In this document: positions 40,425-51,965 of the stretch, piece by piece | Layout: every line of letters begins with the position of its first letter | Position numbering within the stretch: position 1 is the first letter of the stretch | Source: Candidatus Nanopelagicales bacterium | Lineage (GTDB): Bacteria > Actinomycetota > Actinomycetes > S36-B12 | DNA: 64,000 nt | Assembly: GCA_021741645.1 (NCBI GenBank) | Contig: JAIOXK010000004.1 | Coordinates: 1,182 to 65,181 of the forward strand | Direction of reading: 5' to 3' | Translations under genes and position numbers: made by a program | Notes under the pieces: model-generated | The model's input: the letters and a program-made list of their open reading frames with translations, nothing else | What the model was told of the DNA's origin: nothing | Database searches by the model: none

Positions 40425-41114
40425 ATGCCCATCTCAACGTCCTTGCGCGTGGAGCGCAGGTTGCTCCGGGACGGTGCCGAGCTCGTGTGCGGGATGGACG
40501 AGGTCGGTCGGGGCGCCCTCAGCGGTCCGGTGTCCGTGGGGGCAGCCGTGGTCGACGCATCCACTCCACCTGCCACGGATTTTCGCGACAGCAAGGTGCT
40601 GACGCCGCGGGCCCGAGCTCAGATGGCTCCACGAATACGGGACTGGTCGCTGTCGTCGGCGGTGGGCCATGCGTCAGCCGAGGAGATCGACTCTCATGGA
40701 ATCATCGGTGCGCTGCGACTGGCCGCGAACCGTGCGCTCGCGATGCTCACGGTCATGCCCGAGGTGGTGCTGCTCGACGGGCGACATGACTGGCTGACTC
40801 CGGCGCAGCAGGGGAGCCTCTTCGAGGTGGAATCCGGGTCACCGGACGGGCGCCCTGTGTTCAACGGCCGCGTGGTGACGCAGGTCAAGGCGGACATGAC
40901 GTGCACCTCGGTCGCTGCGGCCAGCGTCCTGGCCAAGATCGAGCGGGACGCCATCATGACTGATCTTGCAGCGCAGTTTCCCGAGTACGGATGGGCGGGG
41001 AACAAGGGATACGCCTCGCCGGAGCACATTGACGCACTGACGCGGCTGGGGCCCACGAGCATGCACCGCCGAAGCTGGCGCCTGCCCGGAGTGACGCCTG
41101 ACGATCAACCCTGA
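40425..41114 (+). CDS. rnhB: Ribonuclease HII
   Basis: GMDEVGRG, RDSK, LLDG, AAASVLAK, NKGY, HRRSW. Confidence 0.95.
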   Translation: MPISTSLRVERRLLRDGAELVCGMDEVGRGALSGPVSVGAAVVDASTPPATDFRDSKVLTPRARAQMAPRIRDWSLSSAVGHASAEEIDSHGIIGALRLAANRALAMLTVMPEVVLLDGRHDWLTPAQQGSLFEVESGSPDGRPVFNGRVVTQVKADMTCTSVAAASVLAKIERDAIMTDLAAQFPEYGWAGNKGYASPEHIDALTRLGPTSMHRRSWRLPGVTPDDQP

Positions 41115-41228
41115 TCCTTGTCGCGTTGTCCACACCCCTGACCACCGACGGGTGGTCATCCACAGGCGCGCAGGGCCCTCTCGCCGCTGACGCGAAGCCG
41201 TCGCACGATTCACGTGGAGGTGCTGCGG

Positions 41229-41585
41229 ATGCGCGCGAAGGACGCCCTAGGGCGATACGGAGAAGACCTTGCGGTCGACCTGCTGAGGCGAGAGGGACTG
41301 ATCATTCTCGACCGCAACTGGCGGTGCGATGCCGGCGAGTTGGACGTGCTCGCTCGAGACGGCGAGAGTCTCGTTGTCTGCGAGGTCAAGACGCGTCGGA
41401 GTCTCGCGCACGGGTCGCCGGCTGAAGCGGTGGGGCCGCGAAAGATGCGACGCCTTCGCGAACTGGCGCTGAGGTGGCTTGATGAGCAGGAGGTCTACGT
41501 ACCGGTCATCCGGTTCGATGTGGTGGGCGTTCTCGTCCCTGCGTCTGGACCGCCGATCATCAACTACCTGCGCGGGGTGGAGTGA
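41229..41585 (+). CDS. yraN: YraN family nuclease
   Basis: LGRYGE, RNWRC..GELD, EVKTR, RFDVV. Confidence 0.92.
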   Translation: MRAKDALGRYGEDLAVDLLRREGLIILDRNWRCDAGELDVLARDGESLVVCEVKTRRSLAHGSPAEAVGPRKMRRLRELALRWLDEQEVYVPVIRFDVVGVLVPASGPPIINYLRGVE

Positions 41586-41586
41586 C

Positions 41587-43164
41587 ATGCCCTTGGCATG
41601 CGTGCAGGGGGTCGTGATCGTGGGCGTCCAGGGGATCGTGGTGCGCGTGGAAGTCGCCGTCTCAGATGGGCTTCCCAGTGTTGGTGTCGTGGGTCTTCCG
41701 GACGCCTCGGTGGCCGAGTCACGCTGGCGTGCCAGGTGTGCCGTCGAGGCATCCGGCCGGAAGTGGCCGAATCGCAGAATCACCGTGAGCCTGTCGCCGG
41801 CCGAGGTTCGAAAGCACGGCGCAGGACTCGATCTTCCGATGGCGATAGGCATCCTGGCGGCCGACGGAGCCTTCCCTCCCGCCGCGATCGCATCCACGGC
41901 ACTGATCGGAGAACTCGGCCTCGACGGTCGGGTCCGGCCATCACGCGGGATGCTGGCGGCCGTTCTTGCGGCACGACAGGCCGGTCTGGAACGAGTCATC
42001 GTGGCGTCCCGCGGGACGGCTGAGCTCGAAGCGGTCAGTGGAATCTCGATCGTCCGCGCGCACACGCTTCACCACGTCTGCGCCGTCCTCGAGGGCGGCG
42101 TCGTCGACGATGAACCGGTTCCCGGTGATGGCGACGACACCATGGATGGTGCGGACGGGACCCCCCATGACGATGATCGGGAGGCTGTCGGCTCCTCCGC
42201 CGCACTGGATCTTGCGGACGTGCGTGGTCACCTGCTTCCCCGATGGGCGGTTGAAGTGGCAGCTGCTGGTGGACATCACCTGGCGATGGTTGGTCCTCCT
42301 GGCGTGGGAAAGACGTTGCTGGTGGAGCGTCTGCCGGGCCTGCTGCCGCCGCTGTCGGACGATGACTCCCTTGAGGTGGCGGCCATCCACTCGGTCGCCG
42401 GACTCCCGCGGAGCATGCGCGAGATCCCCGTTCCTCCGCTGAGCGCCCCGCATCACAGCGCGTCGGCATCGTCACTACTCGGATCGGTTCACGGCGGGCG
42501 GGTGCTACCGGGTGCGGTCACCATGGCGCACCGGGGTGTGCTGCTCTTGGACGAGGCGCCGGAGTTCGCCCGTCCAGTGCTGGAAGGACTGCGGCAGCCC
42601 TTGGAGTCGGGGGTGGTGTCGGTGAATCGCACAAGCTGGTCCGGACTCCTGCCGGCCCGCTTCCAGCTCGCCATCACAGCGAACCCCTGTCCATGCGGCA
42701 AGCGCATCGGAACCGGAGCCGGGTGTTCCTGCAGTCCGTCCGCAGTTCGTCGCTACGCGGCGCGACTCTCGGGGCCCCTGATGGACCGCATTGACATCAG
42801 GTTGGCCGTTAGTCGTCCCAGCGTCGGCGAACTGGACTCCGCGGAGCGGTCAGAGTCGAGTGCGACTGTTCGCGCGAGGGTCCAATCGGCGCGCGAGCGG
42901 ATGAGCCATCGCCTTGCATCGACCCCGTGGCGGGTCAATGCGCAGGTGCCCGCGGGTGAGCTTCGTCGGCGCTGGCCGTTGAGGTCCGACGGCGCTGATC
43001 TGCTGGCCGAGATCGAGCGCGGATCCGAAAATCTGCGAGGCGTCGACCGTGTCCTGCGGGTGTCGTGGACCCTTGCCGACCTACGGAAGATCGATGCGCC
43101 AGGACGCGATGAGGTAGCGGGTGCGCTGGCCCTGCGGGGCGCGCATGCAGGGCTGGCCTCATGA
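41587..43164 (+). CDS. comM: ComM/YifB Mg-chelatase-like AAA helicase
   Basis: VGLPD, IGELGLDG, GPPGVGKT, PHHS, LDEAPEF, NPCPCG, LSGPLMDRID. Confidence 0.92.
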   Translation: MPLACVQGVVIVGVQGIVVRVEVAVSDGLPSVGVVGLPDASVAESRWRARCAVEASGRKWPNRRITVSLSPAEVRKHGAGLDLPMAIGILAADGAFPPAAIASTALIGELGLDGRVRPSRGMLAAVLAARQAGLERVIVASRGTAELEAVSGISIVRAHTLHHVCAVLEGGVVDDEPVPGDGDDTMDGADGTPHDDDREAVGSSAALDLADVRGHLLPRWAVEVAAAGGHHLAMVGPPGVGKTLLVERLPGLLPPLSDDDSLEVAAIHSVAGLPRSMREIPVPPLSAPHHSASASSLLGSVHGGRVLPGAVTMAHRGVLLLDEAPEFARPVLEGLRQPLESGVVSVNRTSWSGLLPARFQLAITANPCPCGKRIGTGAGCSCSPSAVRRYAARLSGPLMDRIDIRLAVSRPSVGELDSAERSESSATVRARVQSARERMSHRLASTPWRVNAQVPAGELRRRWPLRSDGADLLAEIERGSENLRGVDRVLRVSWTLADLRKIDAPGRDEVAGALALRGAHAGLAS

Positions 43165-44303
43165 CGGACACCGAGGATGCATGGATCGCTCTGGCGCACA
43201 TGGTCGAGCCGGCCGACCCCGCAGCATGTGCTCGCATCGAGAGGTGGGGACCAACGGAATTCCTGAGTCGCCTTCAGGCCCGCGGTACCGGACTTCGCCA
43301 CGAGGAGGGCATGCTCGCGCGCTGGTCGGGGTACAGCGCCGAGCGGGCGCGGGAGCGCGCCGATCGCATCGGGGCTCGCATCATCACCCGCGGCAGTCCT
43401 GAGTGGCCGAGGCAGGTGGATGCGCTGGGGCCGACGGCTCCCTTTGCGATGTGGGTCAGCGGGGCCGCGGATCTGCGGCTGATCGCTTTGCGATCGGTCT
43501 CGATCGTCGGAGCTCGGGCGAGTACGCCCTATGGAGACGAGACAGCTCGATCCTGGGCTGCTGAACTGGCTTCCGAGCGCTGGACGGTGATCTCGGGCGC
43601 GGCCTTCGGCATTGACGCGGCGGCACATCGTGGTGCGTTGGCCGCCGGCGGAGTCACCATTGCGGTGGTGGCCGGGGGAGTCGACGTGCCCTACCCACGC
43701 GCTCACGCGCCCCTGCTGGATGCCATCGCGGATCAGGGCTTGGTCATCAGCGAGGTTCCTCCGGGAGAGTCCGTGCGACGTCAGCGGTTCCTCTCCCGCA
43801 ATCGCATGATCGCCGCGCTCGGCCGCGCAACAGTTGTCGTGGAGGCGGCAGTGCGATCGGGGACGATGGCCACGGCTCACGCCGCCTCCACACTCATGCG
43901 GCCCGTGCTTGCGGTGCCCGGGCCCGTCACCTCGCCGATGTCGGCCGGATGCCATCGAATGATGCAGGAGGGGATGGCCATCGTGGTCGGGGAATGCGCT
44001 GACGTCATCGCGGCCCTGGATCTGAGTTCGATCACGCAGGCGCCCCTGACGCCTGCCCCTGGCTCGCCGGCCCAGATTGAGCGCGACGCTCTTCGCCCTG
44101 GTCAGACGCGCGTGCTGGACTCCATGCCCTCGCGTGGCTGGAGCGACGCAGATGCCCTGATTCGAGCGAGCGCCCTCGCACCGGCGGATGTCCTGGCCGG
44201 ACTCACCGAGCTGGTGATGCTGGGATGGGTGGAGGAGGGCCCACGCGGCTGGCGGCGTCTCCGCGTGCCTCCCGCGGAGAGTGGCACCGAGTTGCCACGA
44301 TGA
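43161..44303 (+). CDS. dprA: DNA-processing protein DprA
   Basis: IVGARASTPYG, ISGAAFGID, FLSRNRMIA, VVEAAVRSG, AVPG. Confidence 0.93.
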   Translation: MTDTEDAWIALAHMVEPADPAACARIERWGPTEFLSRLQARGTGLRHEEGMLARWSGYSAERARERADRIGARIITRGSPEWPRQVDALGPTAPFAMWVSGAADLRLIALRSVSIVGARASTPYGDETARSWAAELASERWTVISGAAFGIDAAAHRGALAAGGVTIAVVAGGVDVPYPRAHAPLLDAIADQGLVISEVPPGESVRRQRFLSRNRMIAALGRATVVVEAAVRSGTMATAHAASTLMRPVLAVPGPVTSPMSAGCHRMMQEGMAIVVGECADVIAALDLSSITQAPLTPAPGSPAQIERDALRPGQTRVLDSMPSRGWSDADALIRASALAPADVLAGLTELVMLGWVEEGPRGWRRLRVPPAESGTELPR

Positions 44304-44307
44304 GGGT

Positions 44308-45261
44308 GTGGCAGATCAGGAAGCACCCCTTCCCCCTCCTCTGGCGGAGGCTCTCGATGGGTTCACCGCCCATCTGACGAGCGAGCGCCGCCGAAGCAGC
44401 CACACCGTGCGGGCCTATGTCGGCGACGTCCGCTCACTTCTGAATCACTGCTCGGGGGCCGGCATCACCGCTCCGAGCGGGATCACGCTGGCGCACCTGC
44501 GCACGTGGCTGGCCCAGCAGAGCGGGGAGGGGCTGGCGCGCGCGACCATCGCACGACGTGCGGCCTCGGCTCGCTCCTTCACGATGTGGTGCTTTCGGCG
44601 AGGGATCACGACGTCAGATGTCGGCGAGCGCCTGGCGAGTCCGCAGGTGGCGGCCGTGCTGCCCACGGTGCTCGATCACGAGGAGGCCAGTGCCCTCATG
44701 GAGCACGCAGCCGTTGCAGCAGATGACGGCTCTGCCATCGGCGCGCGCGATCGCGCCATCGTCGAACTGCTGTATGCGACGGGCATTCGCGTGTCGGAGC
44801 TCTGCGGACTTGAGGTGCCCAGCGTGGACAGGCGAGAGCGCACGATTCGCGTTCGAGGCAAGGGAGACCGGGAGCGCACTGTCCCTTACGGCGGTCCTGC
44901 CGCCGCAGCACTCGACTCATGGTGGGAGCGCCGAGGCGAGCTGGTGAGTCCGGCATCAGGCAGTGCGCTCTTCCTCGGCGTCCGAGGTGGTCGCATCGAT
45001 CCTCGTTGCGTGCGGACAGTGGTCCATCGGCTGGCTCTGGAGTCGGGGGGCCCCGACATCGCTCCCCATGCGCTCCGGCACACGGCCGCAACCCATGTGC
45101 TCGAGGGCGGCGCTGACCTGCGGTCGGTGCAGGAGCTGCTCGGGCACGCGACGCTCTCCACTACTCAGCGATACACGCACGTGTCCGTTGAGCGCCTACG
45201 GGCCACGTATGTTCAGGCGCACCCGCGCGCCGTCGCCGACTCGGAGGCAGGCGGGGACTGA
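44308..45261 (+). CDS. xerC: Tyrosine recombinase XerC
   Basis: LYATGIRVSE, GKG, PHALRHT.ATH, LLGH, RYTH catalytic residues; core synteny after dprA. Confidence 0.88.
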   Translation: MADQEAPLPPPLAEALDGFTAHLTSERRRSSHTVRAYVGDVRSLLNHCSGAGITAPSGITLAHLRTWLAQQSGEGLARATIARRAASARSFTMWCFRRGITTSDVGERLASPQVAAVLPTVLDHEEASALMEHAAVAADDGSAIGARDRAIVELLYATGIRVSELCGLEVPSVDRRERTIRVRGKGDRERTVPYGGPAAAALDSWWERRGELVSPASGSALFLGVRGGRIDPRCVRTVVHRLALESGGPDIAPHALRHTAATHVLEGGADLRSVQELLGHATLSTTQRYTHVSVERLRATYVQAHPRAVADSEAGGD

Positions 45262-45833
45262 GTCGAGCATGGGCATGGGCGTAGGCGTACGTCGAGACGT
45301 GGAAGGGGCTTGAGGACAGCGGGTCCTCTCAGCAGCACCAGCGGATCTCGGTATCCGTCCTTCGTTCGAAGGCCCACATGGATGCAGTGCGTGGCCCGGC
45401 CCGTGGTGTCACCCCCGCAGTGCCCCCCAGCCGCGGCCACGTGGCCGAGCACATCGCCCGGGTGCACCGACTGGCCAGGTTTCATGCTCGCGATCACCGG
45501 TTCGTAGGTCACCCGACGCTGACCGGTCAGCGAGACCACGACCACCGGCTTGCCGGCGACGCGGCCGGCGAAGGCAACGGTGCCCGAGGTCCAGGAGAGC
45601 ACCTGCTGCCCTCGTCGAGCTGCGAGGTCCAGCCCTCGGTGCCCTGGCCCCCATGGAGACGAGGGCGCCTGAAACGGAGACAGGACGGCGTTCGGGTCCA
45701 CGGGGACGGGGCCGGAGACGGGGCCGAGGACGGGGACGGGGACGGGGGTGCGTAGGGGGACGGGAGCAGGGTCCGATACGGCGGGCAGGGCGAGAGTGAG
45801 ACAGATGAGCAGCAGAGCGTGGGACATGACCAT
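45213..45833 (-). CDS. Secreted M23-family peptidoglycan peptidase-like protein
   Basis: Signal-like N-terminus, Pro/Val linker, GHRGLD, TYEPV, CIHVG, YRDPL; usual position between xerC and rpsB; start approximate. Confidence 0.8.
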   Translation of the reverse strand: MVMSHALLLICLTLALPAVSDPAPVPLRTPVPVPVLGPVSGPVPVDPNAVLSPFQAPSSPWGPGHRGLDLAARRGQQVLSWTSGTVAFAGRVAGKPVVVVSLTGQRRVTYEPVIASMKPGQSVHPGDVLGHVAAAGGHCGGDTTGRATHCIHVGLRTKDGYRDPLVLLRGPAVLKPLPRLDVRLRPCPCSTQSPPASESATARGCA

Positions 45834-46157
45834 GTGATCAGGCTCACTGGCCGTGAATCCGCCGGCCATCGCGACCGCCGGGATGTGGACGCCTGACCCG
45901 TGAGGGCGCCCCTGTGGACGGAGCACCCCCGGCCAGGCCCTAGGATGTGGGCACCTGCTCGGGTCATCCCGGGCGGGAATTCATGTGGCCCATGCCTTGC
46001 TCAGGTGAGGACGGTCGCCGGTCGGTCCCACCATGGTGGTTCTCGGTGCCGGGGTCACGAGGGGCACGACCAACCGGTCGAGCCGCAACCGACACGGCCG
46101 TCCCAGGGCGGCCATGACAGAAGGCCGTCGTCAGACGGCCGCAAGGAGCGTGCACTC

Positions 46158-47033
46158 ATGGCCGTTGTGACCATGCGCCAGCTGCTCGAGAGCGGAGTCC
46201 ACTTCGGGCATCAGACCCGTCGCTGGAACCCGAAGATGAAGAGATTCATCTTCACCGAGCGCAATGGCATCTACATCATCGACCTTCAGCAGTCGCTGTC
46301 CTACATCGATCGCGCCTACGAGTACGTCAAGGAGACGGTCGCTCACGGCGGCTCGGTGATGTTCGTCGGAACCAAGAAGCAGGGCCAGGAGGCCATTGCG
46401 GAGCAGGCCACCCGCGTGGGAATGCCGTATGTCAACCAGCGTTGGCTCGGCGGCATGCTCACGAACTTCCAGACGGTCCACAAGCGTCTGCAGCGCCTCA
46501 AGGAGCTTGAGGAGATTGACTTCGACGACGTGGCCGGCTCGGGGATGACCAAGAAGGAGCTGCTCGTTCTGCGTCGCGAGCGCGACAAGCTTGCTCGGAC
46601 CCTCGGTGGCATCCGCGAGATGTCGAAGATCCCCAGCGCCGTCTGGATCATCGACACCAAGAAGGAGCACATCGCCGTGGGCGAGGCTCGCAAGCTTCAT
46701 ATCCCGGTGATCGCGATCCTCGACACCAACTGCGATCCGGACGAGGTCGACTTCCCCATCCCCGGCAACGATGACGCCATCCGCTCGGTGGCCCTGCTGA
46801 CCCGGGTGATCGCCGATGCTGTCGCGGAGGGCCTGATCGCGCGTGCTGGTGGCGCCGAGCCCACTGAGGCGGAGCCGCTGGCCGAGTGGGAGCGGGAGCT
46901 CCTGGCCGGTTCCGAGGCGCCCGCCGAGGCTGTTGCAGTCGAGGCCGTCGTGGCGGAGGTCGCCGCGACTGACGGTGCCGTCGAGACCGTCGTCGAGACA
47001 GTCGCCGAGTCGGCGGAGCCGACCGCCGAATAG
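46158..47033 (+). CDS. rpsB: 30S ribosomal protein S2
   Basis: [36 protein letters not shown]. Confidence 0.97.
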   Translation: MAVVTMRQLLESGVHFGHQTRRWNPKMKRFIFTERNGIYIIDLQQSLSYIDRAYEYVKETVAHGGSVMFVGTKKQGQEAIAEQATRVGMPYVNQRWLGGMLTNFQTVHKRLQRLKELEEIDFDDVAGSGMTKKELLVLRRERDKLARTLGGIREMSKIPSAVWIIDTKKEHIAVGEARKLHIPVIAILDTNCDPDEVDFPIPGNDDAIRSVALLTRVIADAVAEGLIARAGGAEPTEAEPLAEWERELLAGSEAPAEAVAVEAVVAEVAATDGAVETVVETVAESAEPTAE

Positions 47034-47042
47034 TCGTGTCGC

Positions 47043-47075
47043 TGATCCGGCGCGCGCGACCCGCGCGCCGGATCA
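47043..47075 (+). terminator. Intercistronic hairpin between rpsB and tsf
   Basis: TGATCCGGCGCGCG-CGACC-CGCGCGCCGGATCA, 14-bp perfect stem, no U tract. Confidence 0.55.
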
Positions 47076-47119
47076 CCGAACGGCGTGCATTCACCCACAA
47101 CCTGGAGGACAACACCACC

Positions 47120-48771
<1,652 letters not shown>

Positions 48772-48786
48772 GAAGCAGGAGCCCAG

Positions 48787-49353
48787 GTGAGCGAGCAGAT
48801 CGACATCATCCTTCTCGATGCCGAGGAGAAGATGGACAAGGCCATCTCGGTGGCACGTGACGACTTCGGCACCATCCGAACCGGTCGCGCCACGTCAGCG
48901 ATGTTCAACAAGGTCATGGTCGACTACTACGGAGCCATGACTCCTGTGAATCAGCTCGCGTCCATCACCATCCCTGAGGCCCGTTCGATCATCATCTCGC
49001 CGTATGACAAGGGTTCGATGGTCGCCATCGAGAAGGCGCTCCGGGAGAGCGATCTTGGTGTCAACCCGAACAACGATGGCGACATCATCAGGATCAACCT
49101 GCCCCAGCTCACCGAGGAGCGGCGCAAGGAGTACATCAAGGTCGCCAAGCACAAGGCGGAGGAGGCCCGAGTCTCCGTGCGCAACATCCGTCGCCACGCC
49201 AAGGATGCGCTCGACAAGATGCAGAAGGACGGCGAGGCGGGTGAGGACGACGTCCGCCGCGGGGAGAAGCACCTCGACGACGTGACGCACAAGCACGTCG
49301 AGCACATCGACGAGATCCTCAAGCACAAAGAAGCCGAACTTCTCGAGATCTGA
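48787..49353 (+). CDS. frr: Ribosome recycling factor
   Basis: [28 protein letters not shown]. Confidence 0.96.
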   Translation: MSEQIDIILLDAEEKMDKAISVARDDFGTIRTGRATSAMFNKVMVDYYGAMTPVNQLASITIPEARSIIISPYDKGSMVAIEKALRESDLGVNPNNDGDIIRINLPQLTEERRKEYIKVAKHKAEEARVSVRNIRRHAKDALDKMQKDGEAGEDDVRRGEKHLDDVTHKHVEHIDEILKHKEAELLEI

Positions 49354-49362
49354 GGTCACCTG

Positions 49363-50208
49363 ATGGGTGACTCACCGCCCGACACCGGCTCCAAGGCTGG
49401 CCGCAACCTGCCCGCGGCGGTCGCGTCTGGAGTCGTGCTGGGCATCGTGGTGATCGTCAGCCTCGTGACTCTTCCCTGGCTCTTCGTCGTCGTGGTGATC
49501 GCCACGATGCTGGTGGCGGTGCGCGAGGTGGTGGCGGCGTTCGCGGGAATCGGCGTACGGGTTGCGCGGACGCCTGCCTATGCCGCGACTCTGATCGTCC
49601 CTGCGGTGGCCTACGTGTGGGGTCCGGTGGCGCTCCTCGCGGCCACGGGCATCGCCATCCTCGGGGCGCTCATCTGGCGCCTGCGTCGCGGCTACGAGGG
49701 CTACGTCCGAGATGTCACCGCGAGCGTCTTCACGATCGCCTACCTGCCGTTCACGGCGGGATTCCTGAGCCTGACGCTGGCGGCCGACAACGGAACCGTC
49801 CGAGTCGTCGCGTTCATTTTGCTGACGATCAGCAATGACATCGGCGGCTACGTGGCCGGTGTGCTCTTCGGACGCCATCCCATCGCTCCTGAGATCAGCC
49901 CCAAGAAGTCGTGGGAGGGATTCGCCGGATCGGTGATCCTGCAGGGGATCGTTGGGGCGCTGTGCTTCGTGTTCCTCTTCGACGCACCGTGGTGGCAGGG
50001 TGTGATCGCCGGCCTGGTCATGACGGTCACGGCGACAGCTGGCGACTTCGCAGAGAGCGCGATCAAGAGGGATCTGGGAGTAAAGGACATGGGCTCGTTC
50101 CTCCCGGGGCATGGCGGCATGATGGATCGCTTCGACTCCCTGATTCCGAACGCCTTCACGTCATGGGCGCTCTTCACGCTCTTCCTCGGCAGCGGAACGG
50201 CCTTCTGA
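49363..50208 (+). CDS. cdsA: Phosphatidate cytidylyltransferase
   Basis: [33 protein letters not shown]. Confidence 0.95.
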   Translation: MGDSPPDTGSKAGRNLPAAVASGVVLGIVVIVSLVTLPWLFVVVVIATMLVAVREVVAAFAGIGVRVARTPAYAATLIVPAVAYVWGPVALLAATGIAILGALIWRLRRGYEGYVRDVTASVFTIAYLPFTAGFLSLTLAADNGTVRVVAFILLTISNDIGGYVAGVLFGRHPIAPEISPKKSWEGFAGSVILQGIVGALCFVFLFDAPWWQGVIAGLVMTVTATAGDFAESAIKRDLGVKDMGSFLPGHGGMMDRFDSLIPNAFTSWALFTLFLGSGTAF

Positions 50209-50213
50209 CGACC

Positions 50214-51317
50214 ATGCCCAAGCCCGGTGAACTGATCTTCGAATCCCCTCGCAGGGGCAAGCCGCCTGTCCACCTGATGGACCTCGATCCAGCGGAGCGC
50301 AAGAAGGCCGTGACCGATCTGGGCCTTCCCGGCTTTCGTGCCGATCAGGTGTCCAGACACTGGTTGAGCCGGCTCAGTGACGACCCGCAGGAGTGGTCGG
50401 ATCTGCCCGAGGGTGCACGCGAGACCATCCGCGCGGCTCTGCTGCCCACGCTCCTGACTCCCGTGCGCACCATCGCCTGCGATGAGGGAACCACCGTCAA
50501 GTCCCTCTGGCGACTCCATGACGGCGCACTGGTGGAGAGCGTGCTCATGCGCTACCCCGAGCGGGTCACGATGTGCATCTCCTCGCAGGCGGGGTGTGGC
50601 ATGAACTGTCCGTTCTGTGCCACGGGACAGGCGGGACTCACCCGAAATCTCTCGACGGCGGAGATCGTCGAGCAGGTCATCGCGGGTGCGCGCGCACTTC
50701 AGCATGGTGAGGTGGACGGTGGCCCTGGCCGGGTGACGAATGTCGTTTTCATGGGCATGGGCGAGCCCCTCGCGAACTACCGCGCGGTCGTGGCAGCCGT
50801 GCGACGGCTCGTGGAACCCTCACCCGCGGGGCTGGGAATCAGCGCTCGCGGCATCACGGTGTCCACAGTGGGGCTGGTGCCTCGCATCCGCGAACTCGCC
50901 CATGAGGGCCTGCCGGTGACACTGGCCGTCTCGCTGCACGCGCCGGACGATGCACTGCGCGACACCCTGGTGCCTGTCAACACGCGCTGGAAGGTTCGCG
51001 AGGTCCTCGATGCGGCATGGGAATACGCCAGAAGCACTCACCGTCGAGTGAGCATCGAGTACGCGCTGATCAAGGATGTCAATGACCAGCGGTGGCGGGC
51101 AGAGCTTCTCGGAGATCTGCTCGCGGGCCATCTGGTCCACGTGAACCTGATCCCCCTCAACCCGACTCCCGGGTCGAAGTGGACGGCATCGCGCCCGGAG
51201 GATGAGCGTGCCTTCGTGAGGGCGCTGAAGGGCAAGGGCGTGGCCGTCACCGTTCGAGACACCCGAGGCCGCGAGATCGACGGCGCATGCGGGCAGCTGG
51301 CGGCAGCGAATCCCTAG
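50214..51317 (+). CDS. rlmN: 23S rRNA m2A2503 radical SAM methyltransferase
   Basis: [32 protein letters not shown]. Confidence 0.95.
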   Translation: MPKPGELIFESPRRGKPPVHLMDLDPAERKKAVTDLGLPGFRADQVSRHWLSRLSDDPQEWSDLPEGARETIRAALLPTLLTPVRTIACDEGTTVKSLWRLHDGALVESVLMRYPERVTMCISSQAGCGMNCPFCATGQAGLTRNLSTAEIVEQVIAGARALQHGEVDGGPGRVTNVVFMGMGEPLANYRAVVAAVRRLVEPSPAGLGISARGITVSTVGLVPRIRELAHEGLPVTLAVSLHAPDDALRDTLVPVNTRWKVREVLDAAWEYARSTHRRVSIEYALIKDVNDQRWRAELLGDLLAGHLVHVNLIPLNPTPGSKWTASRPEDERAFVRALKGKGVAVTVRDTRGREIDGACGQLAAANP

Positions 51318-51342
51318 GGTCGGGGTGACCGATTCCGACCCT
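51316..51342 (+). terminator. Hairpin at the end of rlmN
   Basis: AGGGTCGGGG-TGACCGA-TTCCGACCCT. Confidence 0.5.
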
Positions 51343-51371
51343 GCCGACCTCGGTCGTGGCAGACTCCTGCC

Positions 51372-51953
51372 ATGTCTCTTCCCGGTATCGTCGACGTGCC
51401 AGCAGCGGTCAAGCCCACTCGTCGGGAACTGATCATTGCTGTTGCGGGCACCGTCGTCCGCCTGATTCTGGGGTTCGTGCTGATTGCCTTTGCGCTGACG
51501 CTTGTTCCCGATACCCCTGATGGGCGCATGCTGGCGCCGATCGGCGTGGCCCTGCTGGGTGCCGTCGTCTACCTGGTGATCTCCCGACGGCAGCTCAAGC
51601 GGATCACGCACTCGCGCTTCCCGACCCTGATGGCCGCCGAAGCCCTGGTGCTGTTGGCTGCCCTGTTTCTGGCGGTCTTCGCGATGATCTACGTGGCCAT
51701 ATCGCTCTTCGACGCGAAGGCATTCACCGAGCCCTTGGACGCATTCACGTCCTACTACTTCGCGCTCACGGTGCTGGCGACGGTGGGATTCGGTGACATC
51801 ACCCCCGTTACTACCGTCGCGCGGGCCGTGACCATGGTGCAGATGGCCCTGGACCTGGTGTTCATCGCCGTGCTCATCCGGGTGGTCAGCACTGCCGCTC
51901 GCAAGGGACTGGCGCATCGGGGAGTCACGACGGAGGACTCCACCGCGAGTTGA
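51372..51953 (+). CDS. Potassium channel family membrane protein, no RCK domain
   Basis: Selectivity filter TVGFGD; several TM helices. Confidence 0.85.
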   Translation: MSLPGIVDVPAAVKPTRRELIIAVAGTVVRLILGFVLIAFALTLVPDTPDGRMLAPIGVALLGAVVYLVISRRQLKRITHSRFPTLMAAEALVLLAALFLAVFAMIYVAISLFDAKAFTEPLDAFTSYYFALTVLATVGFGDITPVTTVARAVTMVQMALDLVFIAVLIRVVSTAARKGLAHRGVTTEDSTAS

Positions 51954-51965
51954 CGGGAGGCCGAA

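Noticed and set aside
41114-41228. oriC-like DnaA-box cluster
   Set aside because: Only two boxes, no AT-rich unwinding element and no dnaA/dnaN nearby; kept only as a possible promoter motif
44308-45261. Tyrosine recombinase as a phage or island integrase
   Set aside because: It lies in the conserved dprA-xerC-M23-rpsB context with no att repeats or cargo genes, so it is housekeeping XerC
45700-45785. GACGGG-rich repeat tract as a G-quadruplex or regulatory array
   Set aside because: Explained by the Pro-Val linker codons of the minus-strand M23 protein
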